DNA of 42,428 nt from Nitrospinota bacterium (GCA_018830405.1 JAHJSF010000046.1:1-42428), one strand, 5' to 3'; shown: positions 9,703 through 17,431, counted from the stretch's first letter. The notes: generated from the letters alone by a model not told the origin. A program made the numbers and translations.

Positions 9703-10622
9703 AAAATTCCAGCCCCGATTATGCCCTTATCCTTATGGCACTTGGCGGGCTTGAATCGATAGCTGATATCGAGCCCTTCTTAAGAAGGATTATGAAGAAG
9801 CGCCCTCCGACCGAGGCTCAGATATCGGAGATAAAGGAGAGGTATCAGCTAATCGGCGGCAAATCTCCCCTCAATGAAATCACTAAAGCCCAGGCTGAAA
9901 TGTTGCAGGCCAGGTTTGATAAGGAAGATATTAGAGTCAAGGTTTTTACCGCCTTCCGCTTTTCTCCCCCATACATAGCCGACACCCTATCGGCCATATC
10001 GGCCCTCGGCATTGAAAATGTTTTGGCCTTTAACATCGCCCCCCAAAGATCGGAGATGATGATCTGCCAATATCGGGAGGAGATAGATATCGCCCTGGCC
10101 GATATGGTTTATCCCCCACGCTTCTCATTTATCAACGGTTACTACAGCAATGAAAACTTCTTAAAAGGGATGGCCGAAAATGTAAAGAAGGCTATGGCCA
10201 ATATTGATGGGGGGAAGACGACTATTATCTTCACTGCCCACTCCGTCCCTGTGCGGCAGGAGGATAAAACCGATGAGTATGAAAAACAGCTTAGAGAAAC
10301 GGTTGAAGGTATTCTTAAATATACGGGGGAGATAAACCATCTCTTCGGCTATCAGAGCAAAGGCTTTTCCCAAGGAGATTGGCTTGAACCGAGTGTTGAG
10401 ACAGTTATAGAAACATTGGCTGATAAGGATATTAAAAATGTTCTCTTTGTTTCGGTCGGTTTCGTCTCCGACAATCTGGAGATTCTCTATGATATCGATA
10501 TCTGCTACCGAAAGCTGGTTGAAGATATGGGGCTTAAATTTTACAGATCAGAATCGCTCAATAAGAATTCAAAACTGATAGAGGCGATTTATGAAACCTC
10601 AAGGGAGCGGTTTAAGATATGA
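9699..10622 (+). CDS. hemH: Ferrochelatase (HemH/CpfC type)
   Basis: It has ferrochelatase motifs 'FTAHSVP' and 'GFVSDNLEILYDID'. It overlaps hemE and hemY by 4 nt at each end. Confidence 0.9.
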   Translation: MKNSSPDYALILMALGGLESIADIEPFLRRIMKKRPPTEAQISEIKERYQLIGGKSPLNEITKAQAEMLQARFDKEDIRVKVFTAFRFSPPYIADTLSAISALGIENVLAFNIAPQRSEMMICQYREEIDIALADMVYPPRFSFINGYYSNENFLKGMAENVKKAMANIDGGKTTIIFTAHSVPVRQEDKTDEYEKQLRETVEGILKYTGEINHLFGYQSKGFSQGDWLEPSVETVIETLADKDIKNVLFVSVGFVSDNLEILYDIDICYRKLVEDMGLKFYRSESLNKNSKLIEAIYETSRERFKI

Positions 10623-12022
10623 AGCAGATTGCAATTGTAGGTGGAGGGATATCAGGGTTAGCCGCCGCCAACGCCCTTGAAAAGAGAGCCGCCGAACAGA
10701 ACATTCCTATCAAGATAACTATTATCGAAAGAGCCAATCGTATCGGGGGGAATATCTCTACCGAAGATTACAATGGCTTCAAAATTGAAGGGGGTCCCGA
10801 TTCCTTCTTCTCCCCAAAACCTGCCGCAATTAAACTGGCTATCGAACTTGGGCTCACAGATTCTCTCCTAAATACCAACAGCGAGAAGAAGGGGATATCT
10901 GTCTATCACAAGAAGAGATTACACAATATTCCGGATGGGGTTATCCTCCTAAACCGCTCGATGATTAAACCTCTCCTCTTCGGTTCCCTAATGTCAATCA
11001 GAGGGAAGCTGAGAATGGCCCTCGAACCTTTTATTCCTAAGAAGAATGATGGTGAGGATGAATCTCTGGCCAACTTTATCCGAAGAAGGGTAGGGGGAGA
11101 ATTTCTCTATAAGATTACCGAACCGCTCCTGGCCGGCATTCACGCCGGAAACGCCGAGACGATGTCTATCCGCTCAACCTTCCCCCAATTTGTTCAGTTG
11201 GAGGAAGAGTATGGGAGTATCACCAGGGCCATCTTTTCCCCAAAAAGAAGCGATGCCGGAGGAAAGCGTTCTTCTTCATATACCCCTTTCGTAACCTTAA
11301 AGGACGGGATGAAACAACTCCCCGAAGCGATTGTGAGCAAACTTAAAGATACAGAGATAAACCTTAATATTGAGGTTGAGAAAATATCTGAGACAGGAAG
11401 CGGATATAAAATATCGGCTAAAGGGGGGAAAGAGGTTGAGGCCGATGTGGTTATCATCACCACCCCTGCCTACTCCGCCGCCGACATGCTTGAAGAGACA
11501 GATGCTGAATTGGACGCTAAACTTAGAGAGATTAATTACGCCTCCACCGCAACCATTACCCTCGCCTACCCGAAAGAAAAGATAGACCAATCTTTCATGA
11601 AAGGTTTCGGAATAATTATTCCGAGAAGCGGGGATAACCTAATAAAGGCGATTACCATAACATCTAATAAATTTTTTCACCGCGCTCCTGATGGCGCACT
11701 TCTTATTAGGGTATTTGTAGGGGGAGGGGGGGATGATAAAATTCTTTCCCTTAGCGACTCTGACATCATGCAAAAGGTCAGAGAAGAATTGAAAAGTATA
11801 ATGGGGATAGCCGAAGAACCTCTCTTAAATAGAATTAATAGGTGGAATAATGTCTGGCCTCAATATGAGGTAGGGCATAAGAAGAGGGTTGATAGAATAG
11901 AAGAAATTGTCTCAAAACATAAAGGACTCTACCTGACCGGAGCGGCCTATCGGGGAATTGGGATAGCCGACTCGGTTTTGAACTCGGACAAGATTGCGGA
12001 ACAAATTCTTTCCTTAAAATAA
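10619..12022 (+). CDS. hemY: HemY-type FAD-dependent protoporphyrinogen/coproporphyrinogen oxidase
   Basis: It has the N-terminal dinucleotide fold 'IAIVGGGISGLAAA', 'GGPDSF' and a C-terminal 'LYLTGAAYRGIGI'. It is the third gene of a hemE-hemH-hemY cluster. Confidence 0.88.
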   Translation: MKQIAIVGGGISGLAAANALEKRAAEQNIPIKITIIERANRIGGNISTEDYNGFKIEGGPDSFFSPKPAAIKLAIELGLTDSLLNTNSEKKGISVYHKKRLHNIPDGVILLNRSMIKPLLFGSLMSIRGKLRMALEPFIPKKNDGEDESLANFIRRRVGGEFLYKITEPLLAGIHAGNAETMSIRSTFPQFVQLEEEYGSITRAIFSPKRSDAGGKRSSSYTPFVTLKDGMKQLPEAIVSKLKDTEINLNIEVEKISETGSGYKISAKGGKEVEADVVIITTPAYSAADMLEETDAELDAKLREINYASTATITLAYPKEKIDQSFMKGFGIIIPRSGDNLIKAITITSNKFFHRAPDGALLIRVFVGGGGDDKILSLSDSDIMQKVREELKSIMGIAEEPLLNRINRWNNVWPQYEVGHKKRVDRIEEIVSKHKGLYLTGAAYRGIGIADSVLNSDKIAEQILSLK

Positions 12023-12025
12023 ATC

Positions 12026-12051
12026 TCCTCTCCCTTGAGGGGAGAGGATTT
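12026..12051 (+). terminator. Hairpin directly after the hemY stop (9-bp GC-rich stem, 5-nt loop, short T run)
   Basis: The sequence is tcctctccc-ttgag-gggagagga followed by ttt. It is also a member of the 'ctcccttgaggggag' repeat family seen at 18.99-19.08 kb. Confidence 0.45.
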
Positions 12052-12250
12052 AAGGTGAGGGCGGAATTTTAGCCCTGTCATTCCCGTGAAAACGGGAATC
12101 CATGAATTTGAATATTTTCTTCTTCATTTCTTGCTCGTCCAAGAAACGAAGCAAAGAAGGACGGTCTGCTCATTTTTTAAACGGCTTGAAATAACGGTTG
12201 GTCTCGGAGCCTAAAGAACTCGCAAGGCTATGCCTTGCTCAGACATGCTT

Positions 12251-12301
12251 TAGGCTTTTTCCCTCAACCGACCTATTCCAATCCTAAAAATGAGATGGCG
12301 G
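12251..12301. repeat. Intergenic repeat family C ('ggcttt.ccctcaacc.acctatt.caa.cctaaa.aatga.atggcgg')
   Basis: It is near-identical to 28468-28519. The 3' half ('cctaaaaatcaaatggcg') recurs at 18965-18985 and 19093-19113. Confidence 0.85.
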
Positions 12302-12414
12302 GGATTGAAGATAGGTAGGCTTCAGATTATTTATCTATCTTTTTCAATACAGTAGATAGTGTTATATTTGATGGGTAATTATTAGGTCTTTAATCTCAAT
12401 TATGGGAGATTTCC

Positions 12415-13812
12415 GTGCACCTTCACCTTAGCGACTTAGATGAGCTCTATCAGAGTGTCCGTAATACAAAATCAAAGAAATATCTACAAGAAGCTATTTC
12501 CTCTTACCGAGCCGGGGCTTATAGGTCGGCAATCATAACTACATGGATAGCAGTTTGTGTGGATATTATAGAAAAAATAGCGGAGCTTGGAATCAGTGGT
12601 GATACTGCAGCAAAAGAAATATACGGTAGACTACAAAATATATCAGCAAATAATGTCAGTGAAATGCTCTCGTTTGAGAAGGGAATATTAGATTACGCTT
12701 GTGATAAGCTTGAGTTGATATCTTTTATCGAGAAAGCTCATCTTCAAAGGTTGAATGATGACAGAAACATTTGTGCCCATCCTACATTTTCTGAAGATGG
12801 TAGTCAATTTAGCCCATCGCCTGAGTTAGCAAGAGCCTACATTGTACAAGCATCAAACTACTTGCTTATACAAGTCCCCGTTAAAGGTAAGGTGGCGATA
12901 GACCGTACATATAATGTTATCACAGAAGAATCATTCCCTCAGAATGAAGAGCTGGCTTTCGATGTACTTTCATCTGGTAATTATTTGGGGCGAGTACGAG
13001 ATAGTGTCATAAGAAATTTAACTATAATTTTAATAAAAAGATTGTTCCTAGATAATGAATCTATTGCCAAACCTATGTTTAATAGGATATCTGCTGCTCT
13101 AGGAGCCATCAGTAGAATTAATGGGCAAGCCTATAAAGAAGTTCTTAAAGAAAAATTAAGTCCAATGCTGGTCGATGCGGGCGATAAAAAGCTTAAGCGT
13201 ATATTTCCTTTCCTCATCAATCGAGTTGAGGCATGGGATAATATAGAAAAAGCAGACAAAATAAGAATAGTAGTCCTAATAGAGTCAATGACTGTTGAAG
13301 AGTTGATTAAGTATAATATCCCTAGCTTGGCTAACATCAATAAAGATATAAATCCAGCTCTCCAATCTCGGATTGGAACTTTAGATCAACTTGCAATCAG
13401 GAAGTTTTTAGAGTCGGTTCCGACATCTCAGGTGCTTAAAAAATACGCTTTGAACCTATTTATATCATCTGGAAGCTTTGATGCAACTTACGGGATTGGA
13501 ACAAAAATTCTTGTGCCTTATTGTAAGTACTTTAATGAAGAGGATGTTATTTTACTTTTCGATGGAATATATAAAAATAGCTCATGGGATATAAATCAAA
13601 TACTAAACGCAGGAGGCATAGATCAAATATTGTCTGAGCTTTACATTGGCACAAAAAGCAATATAAACGAACACGGAAAAACTTGGATGGAATTCTGGAG
13701 CAACGTCAAGGCGACGGGTCATGATTATCCAACCTTAAAGACTCGTTTTATTGAAGACAAATTATTAGACGAAGTTGTTGAAGACTTTGATGCAGATAAT
13801 ATCCCCTTTTGA
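12415..13812 (+). CDS. Hypothetical protein with an N-terminal HEPN-like domain (R-N-x3-H) and a ~300-aa uncharacterised helical C-terminal region
   Basis: It uses a GTG start with GGGAGA 5 nt upstream. The N-terminal helix 'YLQEAISSYRAGAYRSAIITTWIAVCVDIIEKI' is followed by 'LNDDRNICAHP' (R117..H122, nt 12763-12780) and then 'ELARAYIVQASNYLL'. This is the layout of Swt1-/DUF4145-/Abi-type HEPN domains. The gene is strongly AT-rich compared with its neighbours. Confidence 0.55.
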   Translation: MHLHLSDLDELYQSVRNTKSKKYLQEAISSYRAGAYRSAIITTWIAVCVDIIEKIAELGISGDTAAKEIYGRLQNISANNVSEMLSFEKGILDYACDKLELISFIEKAHLQRLNDDRNICAHPTFSEDGSQFSPSPELARAYIVQASNYLLIQVPVKGKVAIDRTYNVITEESFPQNEELAFDVLSSGNYLGRVRDSVIRNLTIILIKRLFLDNESIAKPMFNRISAALGAISRINGQAYKEVLKEKLSPMLVDAGDKKLKRIFPFLINRVEAWDNIEKADKIRIVVLIESMTVEELIKYNIPSLANINKDINPALQSRIGTLDQLAIRKFLESVPTSQVLKKYALNLFISSGSFDATYGIGTKILVPYCKYFNEEDVILLFDGIYKNSSWDINQILNAGGIDQILSELYIGTKSNINEHGKTWMEFWSNVKATGHDYPTLKTRFIEDKLLDEVVEDFDADNIPF

Positions 13813-13920
13813 GTAGGGCTAGGGTCACCTGTCGAGGGTCGATGGTCAGGTCTATAATGTTTATATCCTTGGAAACCACATAGATTCCGCATCAAGTGCG
13901 GAAGGACAAGAGGTATATTT

Positions 13921-13970
13921 TTTTCGTGTCTTTTGTGTGTTTCGTGGTTAAAAACCTCGGCAGTTAAGCC
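13921..13970. repeat. Intergenic repeat family E ('gtgtgtttcgYggttaa ... cctcggcRgttaa')
   Basis: The sequence is ttttcgtgtcttttgtgtgtttcgtggttaaaaacctcggcagttaagcc. It is homologous to 17469-17527. Confidence 0.8.
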
Positions 13971-13985
13971 ATTTTAATGTCAATC

Positions 13986-14162
13986 CTAAATTAGCCCATC
14001 GGATTTCAGTTTAGCTTTGAGTTTATCAAAACTGATTGTCGGTTCATTTTTTCTTTCTTCAAAAACAGCCAAATCATGTATGTCTTCTTTCGTCAACTTG
14101 CCATGATTTTGAACGACACATTTCTTCTTGCCCGATTCATCAGCTATAATTTTTTTGCTCAT
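13986..14162 (-). CDS. Small hypothetical protein, antitoxin-like C-terminus (orphan)
   Basis: The 58-62 aa ORF contains 'KEDIHDLAVFEERKNEPTISFDKLKAKL', which resembles the C-terminal tails of Phd/YefM- or RelB-type antitoxins. The start is ambiguous (TTG 14174, GTG 14168 or ATG 14162), and there is no clear SD and no toxin partner. Confidence 0.3.
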   Translation of the reverse strand: MSKKIIADESGKKKCVVQNHGKLTKEDIHDLAVFEERKNEPTISFDKLKAKLKSDGLI

Positions 14163-14276
14163 AGTCACACTCAAACATGAAATAACTTTTTGGAGACAAT
14201 AAAGCCCTTGTTTATTAAGCTATTATATCTTCAAGACTAACATAATATTAGGGATTACTTCTATAGGGAATTAATC

Positions 14277-14366
14277 TCAGTGCCTCAGCGTTTTATATGT
14301 TTCAAATCCCTCCCAACCTCCCTTTTCTAAAGGGAGGTTTTTAGAGGTGTCCTCGGCGGTTAATAA
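14277..14366. repeat. Composite repeat: family-E 3' part interrupted by a 'cctccc..gggagg' hairpin
   Basis: The layout is ctcagtgcctcagcgtt ... cctcccttttctaaagggagg ... gtcctcggcggttaataa. The last 18 nt are identical to 17509-17526. Confidence 0.75.
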
Positions 14367-14369
14367 TGT

Positions 14370-14600
14370 TTAATCCTTATGGTACTCGCTTAAACAATGC
14401 CTACAACCGTTATATCCATCTTCTTCGAGGGCTTTCTTTGCTTCCTCTAATGTATAGAAGAGTACCTTATCATCTTCTTTCATCTGCCAGATTTGGCAGG
14501 CGTAGAGACTGTTCATAAGGTGGTGTATCTCTTTTGTTTTTACATTGCCGACGTATTCAACCTTCCTGACCGGCTCCTCTTCTTCTCCTATGACTGACAT
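14370..14600 (-). CDS. Small Ada-like metal-binding-domain protein
   Basis: The ATG at 14600 has GAGGAG 6 nt upstream. 'KEIHHLMNSLYACQ...VLFYTLEEAKKALEEDGYNGCRHC' fits the pattern 'H...C...(F)xSxxEAxxxGYxxCxxC' of Ada N-terminal-like zinc-binding small proteins. Confidence 0.5.
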   Translation of the reverse strand: MSVIGEEEEPVRKVEYVGNVKTKEIHHLMNSLYACQIWQMKEDDKVLFYTLEEAKKALEEDGYNGCRHCLSEYHKD

Positions 14601-14778
14601 TACGTTCTCCTCATTAAAAGTTAACGATGAAACAATCACTGATCCTAATTCTATTGTAAAAACCTCTGTTTTAAAAGCAAATATAGGTTATCCTATAAGA
14701 GTAAGTTTGCTTATAGAAAAGGCGTTATAGATAATGTTATAGGCCTGATAATCAATGCTGTAATTAGAGGCCGTAAAA

Positions 14779-15360
14779 ATGGAAATTATCAAAAATGTTG
14801 CGCCGCCGGTTCCTGATGAGCTGATGCAAAAGGCCCAGGAGCTGTATGACTATATAGAGAAGTCGTCTGATACCCCCCTCAAAAAGCTATCCCATATATA
14901 TGATTACCTGACGGAATTTTCAATCTTTGCGCAGACATTTTCGAAATGTTCTAAGGGGTGTTCGGCCTGTTGCGCTTACGGGGTGAGTATTACCACCTTT
15001 GAGGCAGAATATATTTCCCTCAAAACGGGAATAGAATATAGCCGGGAGACTGTATTTGCAAAAAATGATAATGCCGATTGTCCTTTCCTTGGGAATAGTG
15101 GTGAGTGCTCTATCTATGATTGCCGGCCTATAATTTGTTGGATGGTTCACACCCTGGGTGACCCTAAAAATTGTGAAATTGGTGTTGGGGAAAACCAGGT
15201 TTGGTACGGGTCTCAAGGCGCCAATTTCAGCAATTCCGTTTATAGTGAACTTATTCAGTTGATTAATATTCAAAACCTTTTATTGGGTGGAGATGTGAGG
15301 GATATAAGATTCTTTTTCCCCTACGATAATTTGTCTCTGCCAAAGTCTCTCCTTTTCTGA
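14779..15360 (+). CDS. YkgJ-family cysteine-cluster protein (putative Zn/Fe-chelating domain)
   Basis: It has 'CSKGCSACC' followed by 'CPFLGNSGECSIYDCRPIICW', the hallmark Cys pattern of the YkgJ/UPF0153 family. Confidence 0.75.
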   Translation: MEIIKNVAPPVPDELMQKAQELYDYIEKSSDTPLKKLSHIYDYLTEFSIFAQTFSKCSKGCSACCAYGVSITTFEAEYISLKTGIEYSRETVFAKNDNADCPFLGNSGECSIYDCRPIICWMVHTLGDPKNCEIGVGENQVWYGSQGANFSNSVYSELIQLINIQNLLLGGDVRDIRFFFPYDNLSLPKSLLF

Positions 15361-15452
15361 ATATCCTTGCCGATGTCCCCTTTATCTAATATTATGTATC
15401 TTCTATTAAACTTAAAAACAAACAGTTAGATGGCATAACTGTAAAGATAAAA

Positions 15453-16412
15453 ATGGATATTATCTACAATAAAATATTTCTTGAGCATAATACGGGGAAT
15501 CATCCTGAGAGTATTCAGCGCCTCCTCTCGTTTGGCGAGCTTGAGGAGACCGAGATTCCGAGTGGTGAGGAATATCTGGGGCTTATCCATTCGAGGGAAT
15601 ATGTTGATTCGGTTAAGGCGGCCTGCAAGGTTGGCGGATATATGGATGCCGATACAGTTGTTTCGGCGAGGAGTTATGAGGCGGCTATATATGGGGTGGG
15701 TGCGGCGGTGATGGCCTCCGAAACAAATGGCTTTGCCCTTGTTCGTCCTCCGGGGCATCACGGCTTTCCAAATAAATCGAGCGGTTTCTGCATCTTCAAT
15801 AATATTGCCATCGCCTCCAAGAGGTTGGTTGATATGGGGAAGAGGGTCTTTATTCTCGATTTTGACGGCCATCTTGGAGACGGAACAGAGCACTGTTTCT
15901 ACAATTCGGATAAGGTCTTATATTGGTCGCTCCACCAGTCGCATGCCTTTCCCGGGGGGGGCGACGTTGTGGAGATTGGAGAGGGGGCAGGGAAGGGCTA
16001 TACGATAAATATCACTTTATTTGCCGGTGCCGGTGACGACATCTATATGAGGGCCGTAGACGATTTTATGACCATCGCTGAGCAGTTTAAACCTGATGTG
16101 GTAGCCGTCTCGGCCGGTTTTGACGCTCATCAGAGCGATTTTCTCCTTGACCTTAGGCTGAGCCTTGATACCTATTATAAGATTGGCAAAATATTACGGG
16201 AGCGGTTCGACAATATATTTGCCGTCCTTGAAGGGGGCTACAATACAGATTTTCTCTCTAAGGGGGTCTACAATTTTATAGATGGGATAAATGGGGAGAA
16301 GATGAGGTTTAGAGAGAAGGAAACCGAGTCTAAGATATCAATCATCGAGCAGTATCATCACTATACGGCGCAGCATCTTAAGGAACTGCTTTCACCGTAC
16401 TGGTCTCTCTAG
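15453..16412 (+). CDS. Zn-dependent histone-deacetylase-family amidohydrolase (AcuC/APAH-like)
   Basis: It has 'RPPGHH', 'GFCIFNN', 'DFDGHLGDGT', 'SAGFDAH' and 'LEGGY'. All Zn ligands and the catalytic His pair and Tyr appear to be retained. Confidence 0.9.
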   Translation: MDIIYNKIFLEHNTGNHPESIQRLLSFGELEETEIPSGEEYLGLIHSREYVDSVKAACKVGGYMDADTVVSARSYEAAIYGVGAAVMASETNGFALVRPPGHHGFPNKSSGFCIFNNIAIASKRLVDMGKRVFILDFDGHLGDGTEHCFYNSDKVLYWSLHQSHAFPGGGDVVEIGEGAGKGYTINITLFAGAGDDIYMRAVDDFMTIAEQFKPDVVAVSAGFDAHQSDFLLDLRLSLDTYYKIGKILRERFDNIFAVLEGGYNTDFLSKGVYNFIDGINGEKMRFREKETESKISIIEQYHHYTAQHLKELLSPYWSL

Positions 16413-16414
16413 GT

Positions 16415-16534
16415 ACAGAGCGGCATAAATTTGTATCCCTTTGTTACTCCTTGCCTCGTCGTTACGACGTATGCCTAATACGCCTCACTCCTCACCTTCG
16501 TTGCGCCTCGGCCTACTTCTTTCTCCCGCTCTTG
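16415..16534. repeat. ~120-bp structured repeat, copy 1 (Rep-A)
   Basis: By eye it aligns over its full length with 28324-28444, with only scattered mismatches. It starts 3 nt after the HDAC-family gene stop. Confidence 0.85.
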
Positions 16535-16691
16535 ATAAAGACAATTCCCCTTTTTATGAAGAGGGATGTAAAATAATATCTAACTACCTGAATAATGATA
16601 CAATACATTTGCTTAGTCCTGACATTCTTATGTTGTTAAAACCATGCCTAATGATATAATGTTATTCCAAATTGAAAAAAAGGAGGTTGCA

Positions 16692-16916
16692 ATGAGCAAA
16701 ACAAGAAAAGCTAAAATCACAAGTTTTTTATACGCAAGACCTTCATTTCTCGAAGGAGTTGGTCGAGTTGTCGATTTTGGAAATGCTTTACAGAAATATA
16801 ATACTTCATCCTCGTCAGCGAGAGCCGATGAAAGGTCTATTCGATCTGACTGGGCTTCTGTAGGGAGCGACATGTGCCAAGTGCTGGAAAACACACAAAT
16901 TAATCATAAAATTTGA
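16692..16916 (+). CDS. Small conserved-looking hypothetical protein (74 aa), coupled to the downstream DUF2335 gene
   Basis: The ATG has AGGAGG 5 nt upstream (16681-16686). The product begins 'MSKTRKAKITSFLYARPSFLEGVGRVVDFGNAL...'. Its TGA stop shares one nucleotide with the next gene's ATG (tTGATGa). Confidence 0.55.
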   Translation: MSKTRKAKITSFLYARPSFLEGVGRVVDFGNALQKYNTSSSSARADERSIRSDWASVGSDMCQVLENTQINHKI

Positions 16917-17431
16917 TGACGGAAAAAGACGAACAACGCGAAGAACTTCAAAATAAGATTTTTTCATCTCCTGAAGAGCGTTCTGCTGCGCAAGGTAATA
17001 TTCCTGATGATGGGGATGTAAAAAACAGGAAGGGCTCGCAAATTACTTGTGTGCAAGGATCTCATTTTTCTGGTCCTCTTCCCCCGCCACAATTATTAGA
17101 ACATTACGATAAAGTTGTGCCTGGATGCGCTGAAACCATTATTGAGCAATTTGTCGCTCAAGGAAACCATAATAGGCGAGAATTAGAAAAATTAGTCATT
17201 GCAGGAGACGTGAGGCGCTCTAACTTGGGATTAGTGGCTGGATTTATTTTGGGGCTAGTGGGATTGCTAGGTTCGTTTTATCTTATCTCACATGGATATA
17301 GTGTTGAAGGATTGACAACAGTAATAATAGCGCTTGTTTCACTTGTAGGGTCATTCATCTATGCGGTATGGGAAAGAAAAAAGGAACGAGAGGAGAAGGC
17401 AGAGTTGGTTCCACCCTCAGCGGAAGATTAA
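16916..17431 (+). CDS. DUF2335-family membrane protein
   Basis: It has 'FSGPLPPPQLLEHYDKVVPGCAETIIEQF', then 'HNRRELEK', then two C-terminal TM helices. This is the DUF2335 architecture as I recall it. The start is the ATG at 16916 or the TTG at 16913. Confidence 0.7.
   Translation: MTEKDEQREELQNKIFSSPEERSAAQGNIPDDGDVKNRKGSQITCVQGSHFSGPLPPPQLLEHYDKVVPGCAETIIEQFVAQGNHNRRELEKLVIAGDVRRSNLGLVAGFILGLVGLLGSFYLISHGYSVEGLTTVIIALVSLVGSFIYAVWERKKEREEKAELVPPSAED

Noticed and set aside
12023-12414. tRNA or tmRNA gene as an island integration target
   Set aside because: No T-loop (GGTTCRANYC) or acceptor-stem pairing is visible in this spacer or in 17432-17558. The hairpins present belong to dispersed repeat families.
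16441-16659. 72-aa ORF 'MLLLASSLRRMPNTPHSSPSLRLG...'
   Set aside because: It is generated by the Rep-A repeat copy (16415-16534). The second copy at 28324-28444 does not preserve the frame. It has no SD and is low-complexity.
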